From sequence record DRR723986_2929: 57,816 bases of DNA; one strand, written 5' to 3'. Every line of letters starts with the position of its first letter. Within the stretch, counting starts at the first letter, position 1. Both the position numbers and the translations under genes were made by a program. Positions 9,202 through 17,649 of this stretch are shown piece by piece. The notes under the pieces were generated by a model that saw only the letters and a program-made list of their open reading frames with translations, ran no database searches and was not told the DNA's origin.

Positions 9202-9516
9202 TTATTGCGGAGCTTCTTCCGTCATCTCTTCGGCAGCAGCATCGGCTGCGTCCTCAGCAGCATCTGCAGCATCGGCAGCAGCTTCTTCAGCGGCGTCCAT
9301 TGCTTCGCCAGCAGCTTCTCCTGCCGAATCAGCAGCGTCAACAGCGGCATCCGCAGCTTCGTCTGCTGCTTCAACGGCGGCATCGGCAGCGTCGGAAGCC
9401 GACTCTTCGATGACCGTGGTTTCTTCAACAACCGGCGTATCTTCAGCCGGAGCTTCCGCCGGTGCGCAAGCTGCGAGAGCCAGGGCTGCAGCGCCCAAAG
9501 TGATGATATTCTTCAT
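9202..9516 (-). CDS. Small Ala/Asp/Glu-rich lipoprotein, function unknown
   Basis: Signal peptide with LAAC lipobox; low-complexity acidic mature chain; AGGGG RBS. Confidence 0.8.
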   Translation of the reverse strand: MKNIITLGAAALALAACAPAEAPAEDTPVVEETTVIEESASDAADAAVEAADEAADAAVDAADSAGEAAGEAMDAAEEAAADAADAAEDAADAAAEEMTEEAPQ

Positions 9517-9632
9517 GATCTTACCCCTGTTAATGGCCTATCGACCGAACGGCGTCATAGCATCCGCCAAGCAAAACGGATAGCTCAATTCAGAAATCGG
9601 CAAGGCGTGCCTGCAAATTCCTCAATCAAGCC

Positions 9633-9799
9633 CCCTCTCCCAGAGCCCCCGGGAAAGGGCGGAAGTTGGGGCAACCGGACCTGTTCCCGGGCAAGCCCGT
9701 CGGCCGGTTGCCGCGCCCTTCACGAAGTTGGACTGATCAAAAGATCCGGTCCGTCTGGTCTCCGCATGTGACGCCGGACCGGCGATTCTGCCAGTCCAT
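9633..9799 (-). ncRNA. Candidate structured RNA (sRNA or cis-regulatory leader), family not recognised
   Basis: Three GC-rich hairpins, G-U pairs and a G(CUUG)C tetraloop that work only on the minus strand, and CCAACUUC repeated after hairpins 1 and 2. Confidence 0.5.
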
Positions 9800-9929
9800 T
9801 CATTATTCTGGCGGTAGAACGCGGCGGGAATGGGGCAGAGTCGCGGCGGGGTGGCGCCAGCTATTGCGTTGACGTTGCGACCGGGCCGTAAGCACGGATG
9901 CATAAAACATTCAGAGAGAGGAAGCCAAA

Positions 9930-10913
9930 ATGGCCCTGAAAACCCGCCTGACAGATATGTTGAATGTCCAGCACCCGATCATGCTCGCCGGCATGGGCGG
10001 GGTTTCCTACGCCGAAGTCTGTGCTGCCATGTGTAATGCAGGCGGCTATGGCGTACTTGGGATGGCTGGCACTTCGCCGGATTTCATCGCCGGACAGATG
10101 AAACGTGTACGCGAGCTGACCGACCGCCCTTTCGGCGTTGACCTTCTCGCCGCCAGCCCGGAAAGCCTTGAGGAATCCGTGGACGTCATCATCAATGGCG
10201 GCGCCGACTCCTTCGTGGCTGGTCTTGGCGTGCCGATGCCGATCATGGAGCGCCTGAAGAAAGCCAATGTGAAGGTCATGGTCGTCGGCGGCGCCGTGAA
10301 GCATGCGATCAAGGCAGAACAGGCCGGTTGCGACGCTGTCATCCTGCAAGGCGGTGAAGGCGGTGGACACACCGGGCTCGTCGGCACACTGCCGCTGGTG
10401 GCACAGGCCGTGGAAGCGGTGAAAATTCCGGTTGTCGCTGCAGGCGGCATCTATGATGGCCGCGGTCTCGCAGCAGCCCTCGCCCTGGGAGCGCAGGGTG
10501 TGTGGATGGGCACGCGCTTCATCGCTTCGGAGGAAGCCCACGCCGCCAACATGTACAAGAACGCCGTCGTCGGCGCAGGCGACACCGATACGACCCGCAC
10601 ACGCTGCTACTCAGGCAAGCCGATGCGTTGTCGCACGAACGATTACATTAATGACTGGGAAAGCCGTCCGCAGGACATCAAGCCTTTCCCGTTCCAGGCC
10701 ATTCACTCCACGCAGACCGGCGTCATAGGCGGTATTGGTGGGATCACGGACGAAGCGAAACTGTCGATGGACAATTCCTGCTTCGCCATGGGCCAGTCGG
10801 CTGGCGGCGTGCACGAGGTCAAACCCGTCGCTGAGATCGTGGCCGACATCATGCGCGATGCCGAAGCCTCGATTGACCGGATTGCCGGGCTGAAAGTGAA
10901 GGAAACCGCGTAA
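9930..10913 (+). CDS. Nitronate monooxygenase / FabK-like FMN oxidoreductase
   Basis: PIMLAGMGG, RPFGVDL, QGGEGGGHTG, AAGGIYDGRG, GVWMGTRF, GQSAG. Confidence 0.9.
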   Translation: MALKTRLTDMLNVQHPIMLAGMGGVSYAEVCAAMCNAGGYGVLGMAGTSPDFIAGQMKRVRELTDRPFGVDLLAASPESLEESVDVIINGGADSFVAGLGVPMPIMERLKKANVKVMVVGGAVKHAIKAEQAGCDAVILQGGEGGGHTGLVGTLPLVAQAVEAVKIPVVAAGGIYDGRGLAAALALGAQGVWMGTRFIASEEAHAANMYKNAVVGAGDTDTTRTRCYSGKPMRCRTNDYINDWESRPQDIKPFPFQAIHSTQTGVIGGIGGITDEAKLSMDNSCFAMGQSAGGVHEVKPVAEIVADIMRDAEASIDRIAGLKVKETA

Positions 10914-10930
10914 ACGGACGAAATCGCCGC

Positions 10931-11920
10931 TCAGTCCTCGAAGGCTTTCCGGTCGACGAGATTCCTGAGCGGCTCGCCGTTCAGGTAGCGGTGAAGATTG
11001 TCCACGAACGTGCCATCCGCCCGAAGGATCGTTCCATTGGTCTGGGACGAGTCGTGCGGTGTGATCATGATCTTCGGATGATGCCACAGCGGGCTTTCCG
11101 CCGGCAGAGGCTCCACACCAGTAACATCGAGGGCGGCATAGGCCGGGTGCCCCTTGTCCAGCGCCGCGACCAGCGCGTCCTCATTCACCAGAGCCCCACG
11201 GCCAAGATTCATGAACAGGGCGTCCGGCCCCATCTTCGAGAAGAAGTCCGCATCGGCCATGCCTTCAGTTTCCGGCGTGTGCGGCACGCTCAGCAGCACG
11301 ATATCTGCTTCCGGCAGCAAATCCGGCAACACACCGATGGGCAGGATCTCCTGCGCGCCCGGTGCCGGGCCGGGGGAACGGCGCAGTCCGGTGACCTGCC
11401 CGCCAAGCGCCGTCACGCGTTTGCCGACGGCTTCCCCGATCGAGCCATAACCGACCACCAGCCAGCGGCTGCCGGCGATCTCGCGCGCCTGGACGCGCTT
11501 CCATTCCGCCGCCACCTGCTGGGCCCGGTGCAACGGCCCTTCGCGCAGGAAGTCCAGAGCAGCCCAAAGTGCCCACTCGGCCATGGATTCAGCCTGGGTA
11601 TGGTTGGTCGTGTATTGTTTCGACGCCTTTCCGATGGCTTTCAGCACCGCATTGTCGACGCCCGCTGCCGGAGACTGGAACCAGTCCAGCCGGTCCGAAG
11701 TCGTAACAGTCTTCACGAACACCCCGGCGGCGGGGCCGAAGAAACAGTCAAGACTGCCGAAGACGATCTCAGGCTCCACCTTGTCGGTCACCACGCGGCT
11801 GCCGGCATGATAGAAGCGTCCTTCATCGGTCATAATGAGGACATCAAGTTTGTGTTCTACATCCTTGAGCCGGGGCTGGATGCGGGCAAAGGTCTTTTCA
11901 TGAACAAGGCACGTTTTCAT
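10931..11920 (-). CDS. D-2-hydroxyacid dehydrogenase
   Basis: GYGSIG, NLGRG, AALDV..EPLP..SPLW.HPKIMITPH; start MKTCLVHEK with AGGA RBS. Confidence 0.9.
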   Translation of the reverse strand: MKTCLVHEKTFARIQPRLKDVEHKLDVLIMTDEGRFYHAGSRVVTDKVEPEIVFGSLDCFFGPAAGVFVKTVTTSDRLDWFQSPAAGVDNAVLKAIGKASKQYTTNHTQAESMAEWALWAALDFLREGPLHRAQQVAAEWKRVQAREIAGSRWLVVGYGSIGEAVGKRVTALGGQVTGLRRSPGPAPGAQEILPIGVLPDLLPEADIVLLSVPHTPETEGMADADFFSKMGPDALFMNLGRGALVNEDALVAALDKGHPAYAALDVTGVEPLPAESPLWHHPKIMITPHDSSQTNGTILRADGTFVDNLHRYLNGEPLRNLVDRKAFED

Positions 11921-12304
11921 GTCGTCCTGCTTAGCGCCCTGATGGTCTGTGGCGCAAGCACTGCACAATCGGGCCTGCCGATGCGGGGACCGGATTATTT
12001 CCGCGACGCTGCCGATCTGGCCGGCGCGCTGGGCTCGGCGCACGCGATTCGGGTCCGTTGCAATGGCCGGGACGACCAGTACTGGCGCCAGTACATGTCC
12101 GACATGTTGAACTATGAGGCACCGAATCGCGGGAACCTCCGTTCCAGCCTCGTGGCACAATTCAACGAGGCTTATCAGGACACCACGCGCGATTATCTCA
12201 AATGCGACAACCGCGCCGTGGAAGCCGAAGCGCGCTTCGCCCGGGAAGGCCAGGAAATCGCCGAACGCATGGCGATGCACTATTTCCCGAAAAAGCCGAA
12301 CTAG
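11900..12304 (+). CDS. TIGR02301 family exported protein (start 11900 or 11942)
   Basis: LAGALGSAHAIRVRC...WRQYM..ML..E...FNEAY...C pattern; signal-peptide-like N-terminus. Confidence 0.8.
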   Translation: MNKARFHVVLLSALMVCGASTAQSGLPMRGPDYFRDAADLAGALGSAHAIRVRCNGRDDQYWRQYMSDMLNYEAPNRGNLRSSLVAQFNEAYQDTTRDYLKCDNRAVEAEARFAREGQEIAERMAMHYFPKKPN

Positions 12305-12310
12305 GTCCGC

Positions 12311-12769
12311 TCAGACGATTGCCAGCAAATGACTGCGGCAGGAGGAGCAATCCGTACTGCCGAATCCCTCCAGTGCGATCGCGACGCTGTTTGATTGGAG
12401 CAGCGCTTCAGCCAGCGCGCATTCGTTGCCATTCTCCACAATGAATGCCGCAAGGCGACTCGCCTCCAGCGTCAGTCGGTCGACGTGCCAGTGAACTTTC
12501 TTGTCTTTTCTGAAATGACGGCCGATACGGGCCGCAATGCCGCCTGCGCCGTATGCGCTACCCGCATAGAAATAGGTTCCGGCTGGCAATTGTCCTGACT
12601 TATGTCGGCCAGCCCCAACCGGTAACGCCCTGTCCAGACCGATCAGAAGGACATAGGCGCCTTTCAGACTTGCCTGGGTGTTTAGATGGTCGGGTGAGAT
12701 CCATTGTCCCTCGAGCCGGGCTGCTGCGACAATGGCCTGCGCCGTCTCCAAGGACGCGCCGGAACTCAC
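12311..12769 (-). CDS. GIY-YIG (DUF123/Uri-like) nuclease family protein
   Basis: GAYVL, GTYFYAGSA, RIGRH, HWHVDRL, EC, GFGSTDCSSCRSHL; GTGA overlap with the soxR stop. Confidence 0.85.
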   Translation of the reverse strand: MSSGASLETAQAIVAAARLEGQWISPDHLNTQASLKGAYVLLIGLDRALPVGAGRHKSGQLPAGTYFYAGSAYGAGGIAARIGRHFRKDKKVHWHVDRLTLEASRLAAFIVENGNECALAEALLQSNSVAIALEGFGSTDCSSCRSHLLAIV

Positions 12770-13215
12770 CCCACCTTCTCCGCCGTTACCACGAAGCGCG
12801 GTCCCGGTCCGGCGGCATTGGCGCGGTCGTCCGGATTGTAGAGCGCGCAGCTCTTTAGGCTGAGACAGCCACAGCCGATGCAGCCATCCAGCCTGTTGCG
12901 CAGGCGTTCCACCATGGCGATGTGATCATCGAGGCGCTTGCGGAAGTGCTGGCTGATCCGGGTCCAGTCTGCCTTGGTCGGCGTGCGATTGTCCGGCAGT
13001 TCGCTGAGAACGTCTCCGATCTCCTCGATGGTGAGGCCCATCTGTTGGGCGATCAGGATGAAGGATAACCGGCGGATATCGGCACGGGCAAACTCCCGCT
13101 GACCAGAGGGCCGGCGGTCCGGCTTCACGAGGCCGCGTGATTCATAAAAACGGATCGCGGAAACCGACAACCCGGTGCGGCGCGCAACATCCCCGATCGA
13201 GAGCCCCTGTTTCAT
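12766..13215 (-). CDS. soxR: Redox-sensitive transcriptional activator SoxR
   Basis: MerR HTH LSIGDVARRTGLSVSAIRFYE; [2Fe-2S] motif CIGCGCLSLKSC; LYNPDD, GPGPR. Confidence 0.96.
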   Translation of the reverse strand: MKQGLSIGDVARRTGLSVSAIRFYESRGLVKPDRRPSGQREFARADIRRLSFILIAQQMGLTIEEIGDVLSELPDNRTPTKADWTRISQHFRKRLDDHIAMVERLRNRLDGCIGCGCLSLKSCALYNPDDRANAAGPGPRFVVTAEKVG

Positions 13216-13241
13216 AACGGTATTTTCCTTGCTTGAACTGC

Positions 13242-13272
13242 TTGACCTAAAGTTAGGTTGAGGAATTAGGCT
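13242..13272 (+). promoter_or_regulatory. SoxR box within a 19-bp-spacer promoter for the VOC gene
   Basis: TTGACC (13242-47), 19 nt, TAGGCT (13267-72); CCTAAAGTTAGGTTGAGG (13246-63) resembles the consensus CCTCAAGTTAACTTGAGG. Confidence 0.88.
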
Positions 13273-13316
13273 CGTCAAATCAGAACTCAATGAATTGAGA
13301 TAAATGGAGCAAGAGA

Positions 13317-13700
13317 ATGAAACCCGCCCTGTTTGAGCATGTGAATGTGACGGTCTCAGACCCGAAGAAAACCGCCGCCATGCTGGTGGACCTGTTTGGC
13401 TGGCATGTGCGCTGGGAAGGCCCGTCGAAATATGACGGCTACACCGTCCATGTCGGCACCGACGACGAGTACATCGCCCTCTACGCCCTGCCGAAGCAGG
13501 AGCGGCCGAAGCAGGAGAGCTATTACCGCACCGGCGCGGTGAACCATTTCGGCATTCTGGTGGACGATCTCGACGCCGCCGAGCAGCGCATCCTCAAGGC
13601 CGGCATCAAGACGCACAGCCACCAGACCTATGATCCCGGCAGCCGGTTCTACTTCCATGATCATGACGGCATCGAGTGGGAGGTTATCAGCTATGTCTGA
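13317..13700 (+). CDS. VOC/glyoxalase family protein, SoxR target
   Basis: EHVNVTVSD, NHFGILVDDL, FYFHDHDGIEWEV metal-ligand pattern. Confidence 0.9.
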   Translation: MKPALFEHVNVTVSDPKKTAAMLVDLFGWHVRWEGPSKYDGYTVHVGTDDEYIALYALPKQERPKQESYYRTGAVNHFGILVDDLDAAEQRILKAGIKTHSHQTYDPGSRFYFHDHDGIEWEVISYV

Positions 13701-13834
13701 TGGTCTGATCCACAGCTACATCGAAACCCTCGGCCGCACCCTGCGCCCGAACGACGATTATTATTGGCAAGGCCGGGACTCGAAAACCCGGCAAAGGGCG
13801 TTAAGGTCACCGCCAGATAGCGGAGGCATCAGTC

Positions 13835-15769
13835 ATGAAAATGACCCGAACAATCCTGGTAGCCTTGGTGGCGGCAGGACTTAGTGCATGTGCAACCCCC
13901 GATCCGGCTGGCGAAGGCGTTTCTACCGAGCCGCCTCCGCCGGCCGAAACGGACAGCACAAGCACCGCCGGTGACGTGCTGGTGCAGATGTTTGCCCCGG
14001 GTCCGGGTGACCGGATGCCGACCGGGCGGGACCTGGGCGTTCGCTCTGCCGTTGTTGCCCCGAATGCTGCGGCGGCGACAGCCCATCCATTGGCCACACA
14101 GACAGCTCTAGATGTAATGAAGCGCGGCGGCTCAGCCGTTGATGCCGCCATCGCTGCGAACGCTATGCTGGGCCTCGTGGAGCCAACCGGAAACGGTATC
14201 GGCGGAGATCTCTTCGCCATCGTCTGGGACCCGGAAACGCAGCAGCTTTACGGTTACAACGGTTCTGGCCGCAGCGCGAAGAACGCCACGCTGGAACAGA
14301 TGCAGGCCAAGGCCGATGAATTTATGGACGGCAGGGAAATCCCGCCGTTCGGCGCGGCGCCCGTGACTGTTCCGGGTACGGTCGATGGCTGGTTCGCTCT
14401 GCATGACCGGTTTGGCAAACTGCCCATCAACACGGATCTGGAACCCGCGATCCGCTACGCGCGTGAAGGTGCGCCGATCCCGGAAGTGATTTCCTTTTAC
14501 TGGAACTTCGGTCCGAAGCGCTTCGAGCCTGCCTTTGAGAGCGGCATGCTGGAAGAGTATGACAATGCGAAGAAAACCTATTTCTCGCCGGCACCGGAAG
14601 AAGGATCGCTCTTTCGCAATCCGGACCTCGCCGACACGCTGGAGCGTATCGCCTACAAGGGCCGGGATGAGTTCTACACAGGCGAGACGGCCCACATCAT
14701 GGCCGACTATTTCGAACGGATCGGCGGTTTTCTGACCTATGAGGATTTCGCCGCACATAAAGGCGAATGGGTTGAGCCGGTCTGCGCGACGTATCGCGGT
14801 GACTACAAGGTCTGCGAACTGCCGCCGAACACACAAGGCATCGCCGCGCTGCAGATGCTGCAGATGCTGGAAAAATTCGACCTGCGCAGCATGGGCTTCG
14901 GCTCGGCTGACTCGATCATGGCGCAGGTAGAAGCCAAGCGGCTGGCATTTGCGGACAGGGCCAAGGGTTATGCCGATCCGGCATTTTCCGGTATCGACCC
15001 GAATGTCTTCCTGAAAGAGGGCTACAACGCCGAACGTGCGGGTCTTATTGATCTCAGCAAGGCGATGACCAATGTAAAAGCCGGTATGGATTTCCCTGAA
15101 GCTGACGCCAAACTGAAAGACGGTGACACAACCTATCTCACGGTCGCCGACGAGAACGGCATGATGGTGTCACTGATCCAATCGAACTATCGCGGCATGG
15201 GATCAGGTCTCGTTGCGGACGGCCTTGGCTTCATGTTCCAGGATCGCGGCCAGCTATTCAGCCTCGACCCGGCCCACCCAAATGTCTGGGAACCGGGCAA
15301 GCGGCCCTTCCACACCATCATTCCTGCGTTTGCGTTCAAGAAGGACATGCCGGGCTGTCAGGTCCGGGCCGTGCCGATCGAACAGGCCTGCCCGTTCGAA
15401 CCGTGGCTGAGCTTCGGCCTGATGGGCGGCGGCATGCAGCCGCAAGGTCATGTACAGATCATCCTGAACCTTGTCGACTTCGACATGGGCCTGCAGGAAG
15501 CCGGCGATGCGGCACGCTGGGAGCATAATGGCGGTTGTGAACCCACCGATGATTTCGACGACGCCGCGTGCGAAGCCGATGTCGGCACCGTCTCACTCGA
15601 AAGCGGCATCCCCCCCGAAACGCGTGCCGAGCTGGAACGCCGTGGACTGAATATCGAGTGCTGCGGCGCCAATGCCGGCGGCTATCAGGCCATCATGCGG
15701 GACTTCAACAGTGGCGCCTATCTGGCCGCGACAGAGATGCGCAAGGATGGAGTGGCGGACGGTTACTAG
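13835..15769 (+). CDS. ggt: Gamma-glutamyltransferase family lipoprotein
   Basis: LSAC lipobox, GGSAVDAAIAA, GIGGD, GDTTY nucleophile Thr, PGKRPFHTIIP, GGGMQPQGH, RKDG. Confidence 0.92.
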   Translation: MKMTRTILVALVAAGLSACATPDPAGEGVSTEPPPPAETDSTSTAGDVLVQMFAPGPGDRMPTGRDLGVRSAVVAPNAAAATAHPLATQTALDVMKRGGSAVDAAIAANAMLGLVEPTGNGIGGDLFAIVWDPETQQLYGYNGSGRSAKNATLEQMQAKADEFMDGREIPPFGAAPVTVPGTVDGWFALHDRFGKLPINTDLEPAIRYAREGAPIPEVISFYWNFGPKRFEPAFESGMLEEYDNAKKTYFSPAPEEGSLFRNPDLADTLERIAYKGRDEFYTGETAHIMADYFERIGGFLTYEDFAAHKGEWVEPVCATYRGDYKVCELPPNTQGIAALQMLQMLEKFDLRSMGFGSADSIMAQVEAKRLAFADRAKGYADPAFSGIDPNVFLKEGYNAERAGLIDLSKAMTNVKAGMDFPEADAKLKDGDTTYLTVADENGMMVSLIQSNYRGMGSGLVADGLGFMFQDRGQLFSLDPAHPNVWEPGKRPFHTIIPAFAFKKDMPGCQVRAVPIEQACPFEPWLSFGLMGGGMQPQGHVQIILNLVDFDMGLQEAGDAARWEHNGGCEPTDDFDDAACEADVGTVSLESGIPPETRAELERRGLNIECCGANAGGYQAIMRDFNSGAYLAATEMRKDGVADGY

Positions 15770-16486
15770 TCAGGCAAATTCCAGCCTGACACCGGCAACA
15801 TTTGTGCTTTTCCCGTCGACCGCCAATCCGGCAGCCTCTGCGCGCTCCAGCGCCTTGTCTGCATGGGGAAGATCGACACCGAATTCGATCATCCGGTCGG
15901 CGGGACCTTCATTGAAATGGAGCACCGCGTCGGCAAGGAACAGGCGGCGCTTGTCGGCTGTCAGGCCAAAGACGAGCCCCCATTTCTGCGCCAGCGCATC
16001 CGGATCCGGCGTTTCCAGAACGGCATGGGTGAACCGGCCCGGTGCCGCACGGTCCCGCCAGCCCGGGCCGCCCCAGCGCCAGCTGCCGGCCGGGCGTGGC
16101 TCATCCACTGAGACAATTGCCCCGCCAATATCGGCCGGGTGGAGATGGCTCGCCGAAATGTCCGGCAGGTCGATGTTCCAGACACGCCGGATGCCCAGCC
16201 CATCGACGCGAGTGCGCAGTGCCTGCATGTCGTCCGTCTGGAAGATCGCCATGTAACCGCCCTCGCCGCCCCGGTCGATGAACCGCCGGGCTGGCGCCTT
16301 GTCCTGGGTCGGCACGACGACTTCGAGGAACTGGTCGCCGATCGCAAACACAGCATTCACCAGGCCGAATTCCGCCACGCCTGGATCCGGAAACGGTTCC
16401 CCGAGGCCCAGGACGTTCTTCAGCGTGTCGGCCGTGTCGAGACTGTTGGCCGCAATCACAAGCTGGCGCAGACGGGGTGAGCTCAT
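15770..16486 (-). CDS. VOC/glyoxalase-like domain protein
   Basis: RLRQLVIAA, DPGVAEFGLVNAV, FLEVV, GEGGYM, HLHPADIGG, WRWGGP; GGAGG RBS. Confidence 0.8.
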   Translation of the reverse strand: MSSPRLRQLVIAANSLDTADTLKNVLGLGEPFPDPGVAEFGLVNAVFAIGDQFLEVVVPTQDKAPARRFIDRGGEGGYMAIFQTDDMQALRTRVDGLGIRRVWNIDLPDISASHLHPADIGGAIVSVDEPRPAGSWRWGGPGWRDRAAPGRFTHAVLETPDPDALAQKWGLVFGLTADKRRLFLADAVLHFNEGPADRMIEFGVDLPHADKALERAEAAGLAVDGKSTNVAGVRLEFA

Positions 16487-16631
16487 GGATTTCCTCCGGG
16501 TGTTTTTTGTCATGTTTTCAGGCAATCTAGCACACAAACCCCTGCGGCAGTGCGGAAAATCAATCGGCCCGGCAACGCAACGATATCACACTCGAATTGA
16601 CCTTCCCGCGAAAGGATTCCACCTCAGGCAC

Positions 16632-17609
16632 ATGAGTTGCGACCTGAACACCAACCTGCCGGAAAAAGCTCACAATCATGAGCATGACCACGTGCATGGT
16701 CATGGCCACGATCATGGACACAGCCATGGACATGGGCACTCCCATGACCATGCAGACATGACGACAGCGGATTCGCGCCGGCGTGTGGCGATCGCGGCAG
16801 TGCTGACGGCCTCCTTCATGATGGCTGAGGTGACGGGCGGAATTATCTCCGGTTCCCTCGCCCTTCTTGCCGACGCCGCGCACATGCTGACGGATGCTGC
16901 TTCACTGATCCTGGCCTGGGTCGGGTACAAGCTGGCCGAACGGCCGGCAGATCCCAGCCGCTCCTACGGGTTCGGCCGGATGAAAGTGCTGGCTGCATTC
17001 ACCAATGGAATCGCCCTGGTTGCCCTGGCCTGCTGGATCGTCTGGGAGGCCATTCATCGGTTGTTGGACCCAGCGCCAGTTCTCGGGGGAATCATGCTGT
17101 GGGTGGCCGCTGGCGGCCTTGTCGTGAACATTCTCGCGGCTTGGGTGCTGCATGGCGGCGACAAGCACGATCTGAACCTTCAGGGCGCGCTCTGGCACGT
17201 CATCGGAGACCTGCTCGGATCTGTAGCGGCCATCGCCGCGGCAATCGTCATCCTCACGACGGGCTGGACGCCAGCCGATCCGATTCTTTCGGTTCTGGTC
17301 GCGCTGCTCGTGCTGATCGCCGGCGTCCGCATCGCCCGCCAGTCCGGCCACATCCTGCTGGAAGGCACCCCCGAGGGCCTGTCACCGGAAGACATCAGAC
17401 AGGACCTTGTGGCACATGTTGGGAACGTCGCCAGCGTCTCGCACATCCATGCCTGGGCGCTGACGGAATCGAAACCGCTGATCACGATGGAAGTCACCGC
17501 CGCCGAGGGTGCCTGTATCGAAACCTTGCGCCGGGACGTGAAAGCCCGCCTCGCGGAACGGTTCGATGTTTCGCACGCCACGGTGGAAGTCGTATCCAAG
17601 CCCTGCTGA
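16632..17609 (+). CDS. CDF family Zn/Co/Cd efflux transporter (CzcD/ZitB-like)
   Basis: His-rich N-terminus, SLALLADAAHMLTD, SYGFGR, HVIGDLLGS, HIHAW, HATVE. Confidence 0.92.
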   Translation: MSCDLNTNLPEKAHNHEHDHVHGHGHDHGHSHGHGHSHDHADMTTADSRRRVAIAAVLTASFMMAEVTGGIISGSLALLADAAHMLTDAASLILAWVGYKLAERPADPSRSYGFGRMKVLAAFTNGIALVALACWIVWEAIHRLLDPAPVLGGIMLWVAAGGLVVNILAAWVLHGGDKHDLNLQGALWHVIGDLLGSVAAIAAAIVILTTGWTPADPILSVLVALLVLIAGVRIARQSGHILLEGTPEGLSPEDIRQDLVAHVGNVASVSHIHAWALTESKPLITMEVTAAEGACIETLRRDVKARLAERFDVSHATVEVVSKPC

Positions 17610-17649
17610 GCTTTCCGCGCGGTGTCACATTGATATGAGCGGCGGGGAC

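Noticed and set aside
9675..9685. CAGGTCCGG on the minus strand resembling the SRP RNA core
   Set aside because: The following AAGGAAGCAG of the SRP domain IV motif is absent.
9622..9903. 93-aa and 68-aa ORFs across the structured intergenic region
   Set aside because: No RBS or protein-like features; base pairing explains the sequence better.
16670..16755. CATG-rich short repeats
   Set aside because: They encode the His-Gly metal-binding tail typical of CDF transporters; not a CRISPR array or DNA repeat element.
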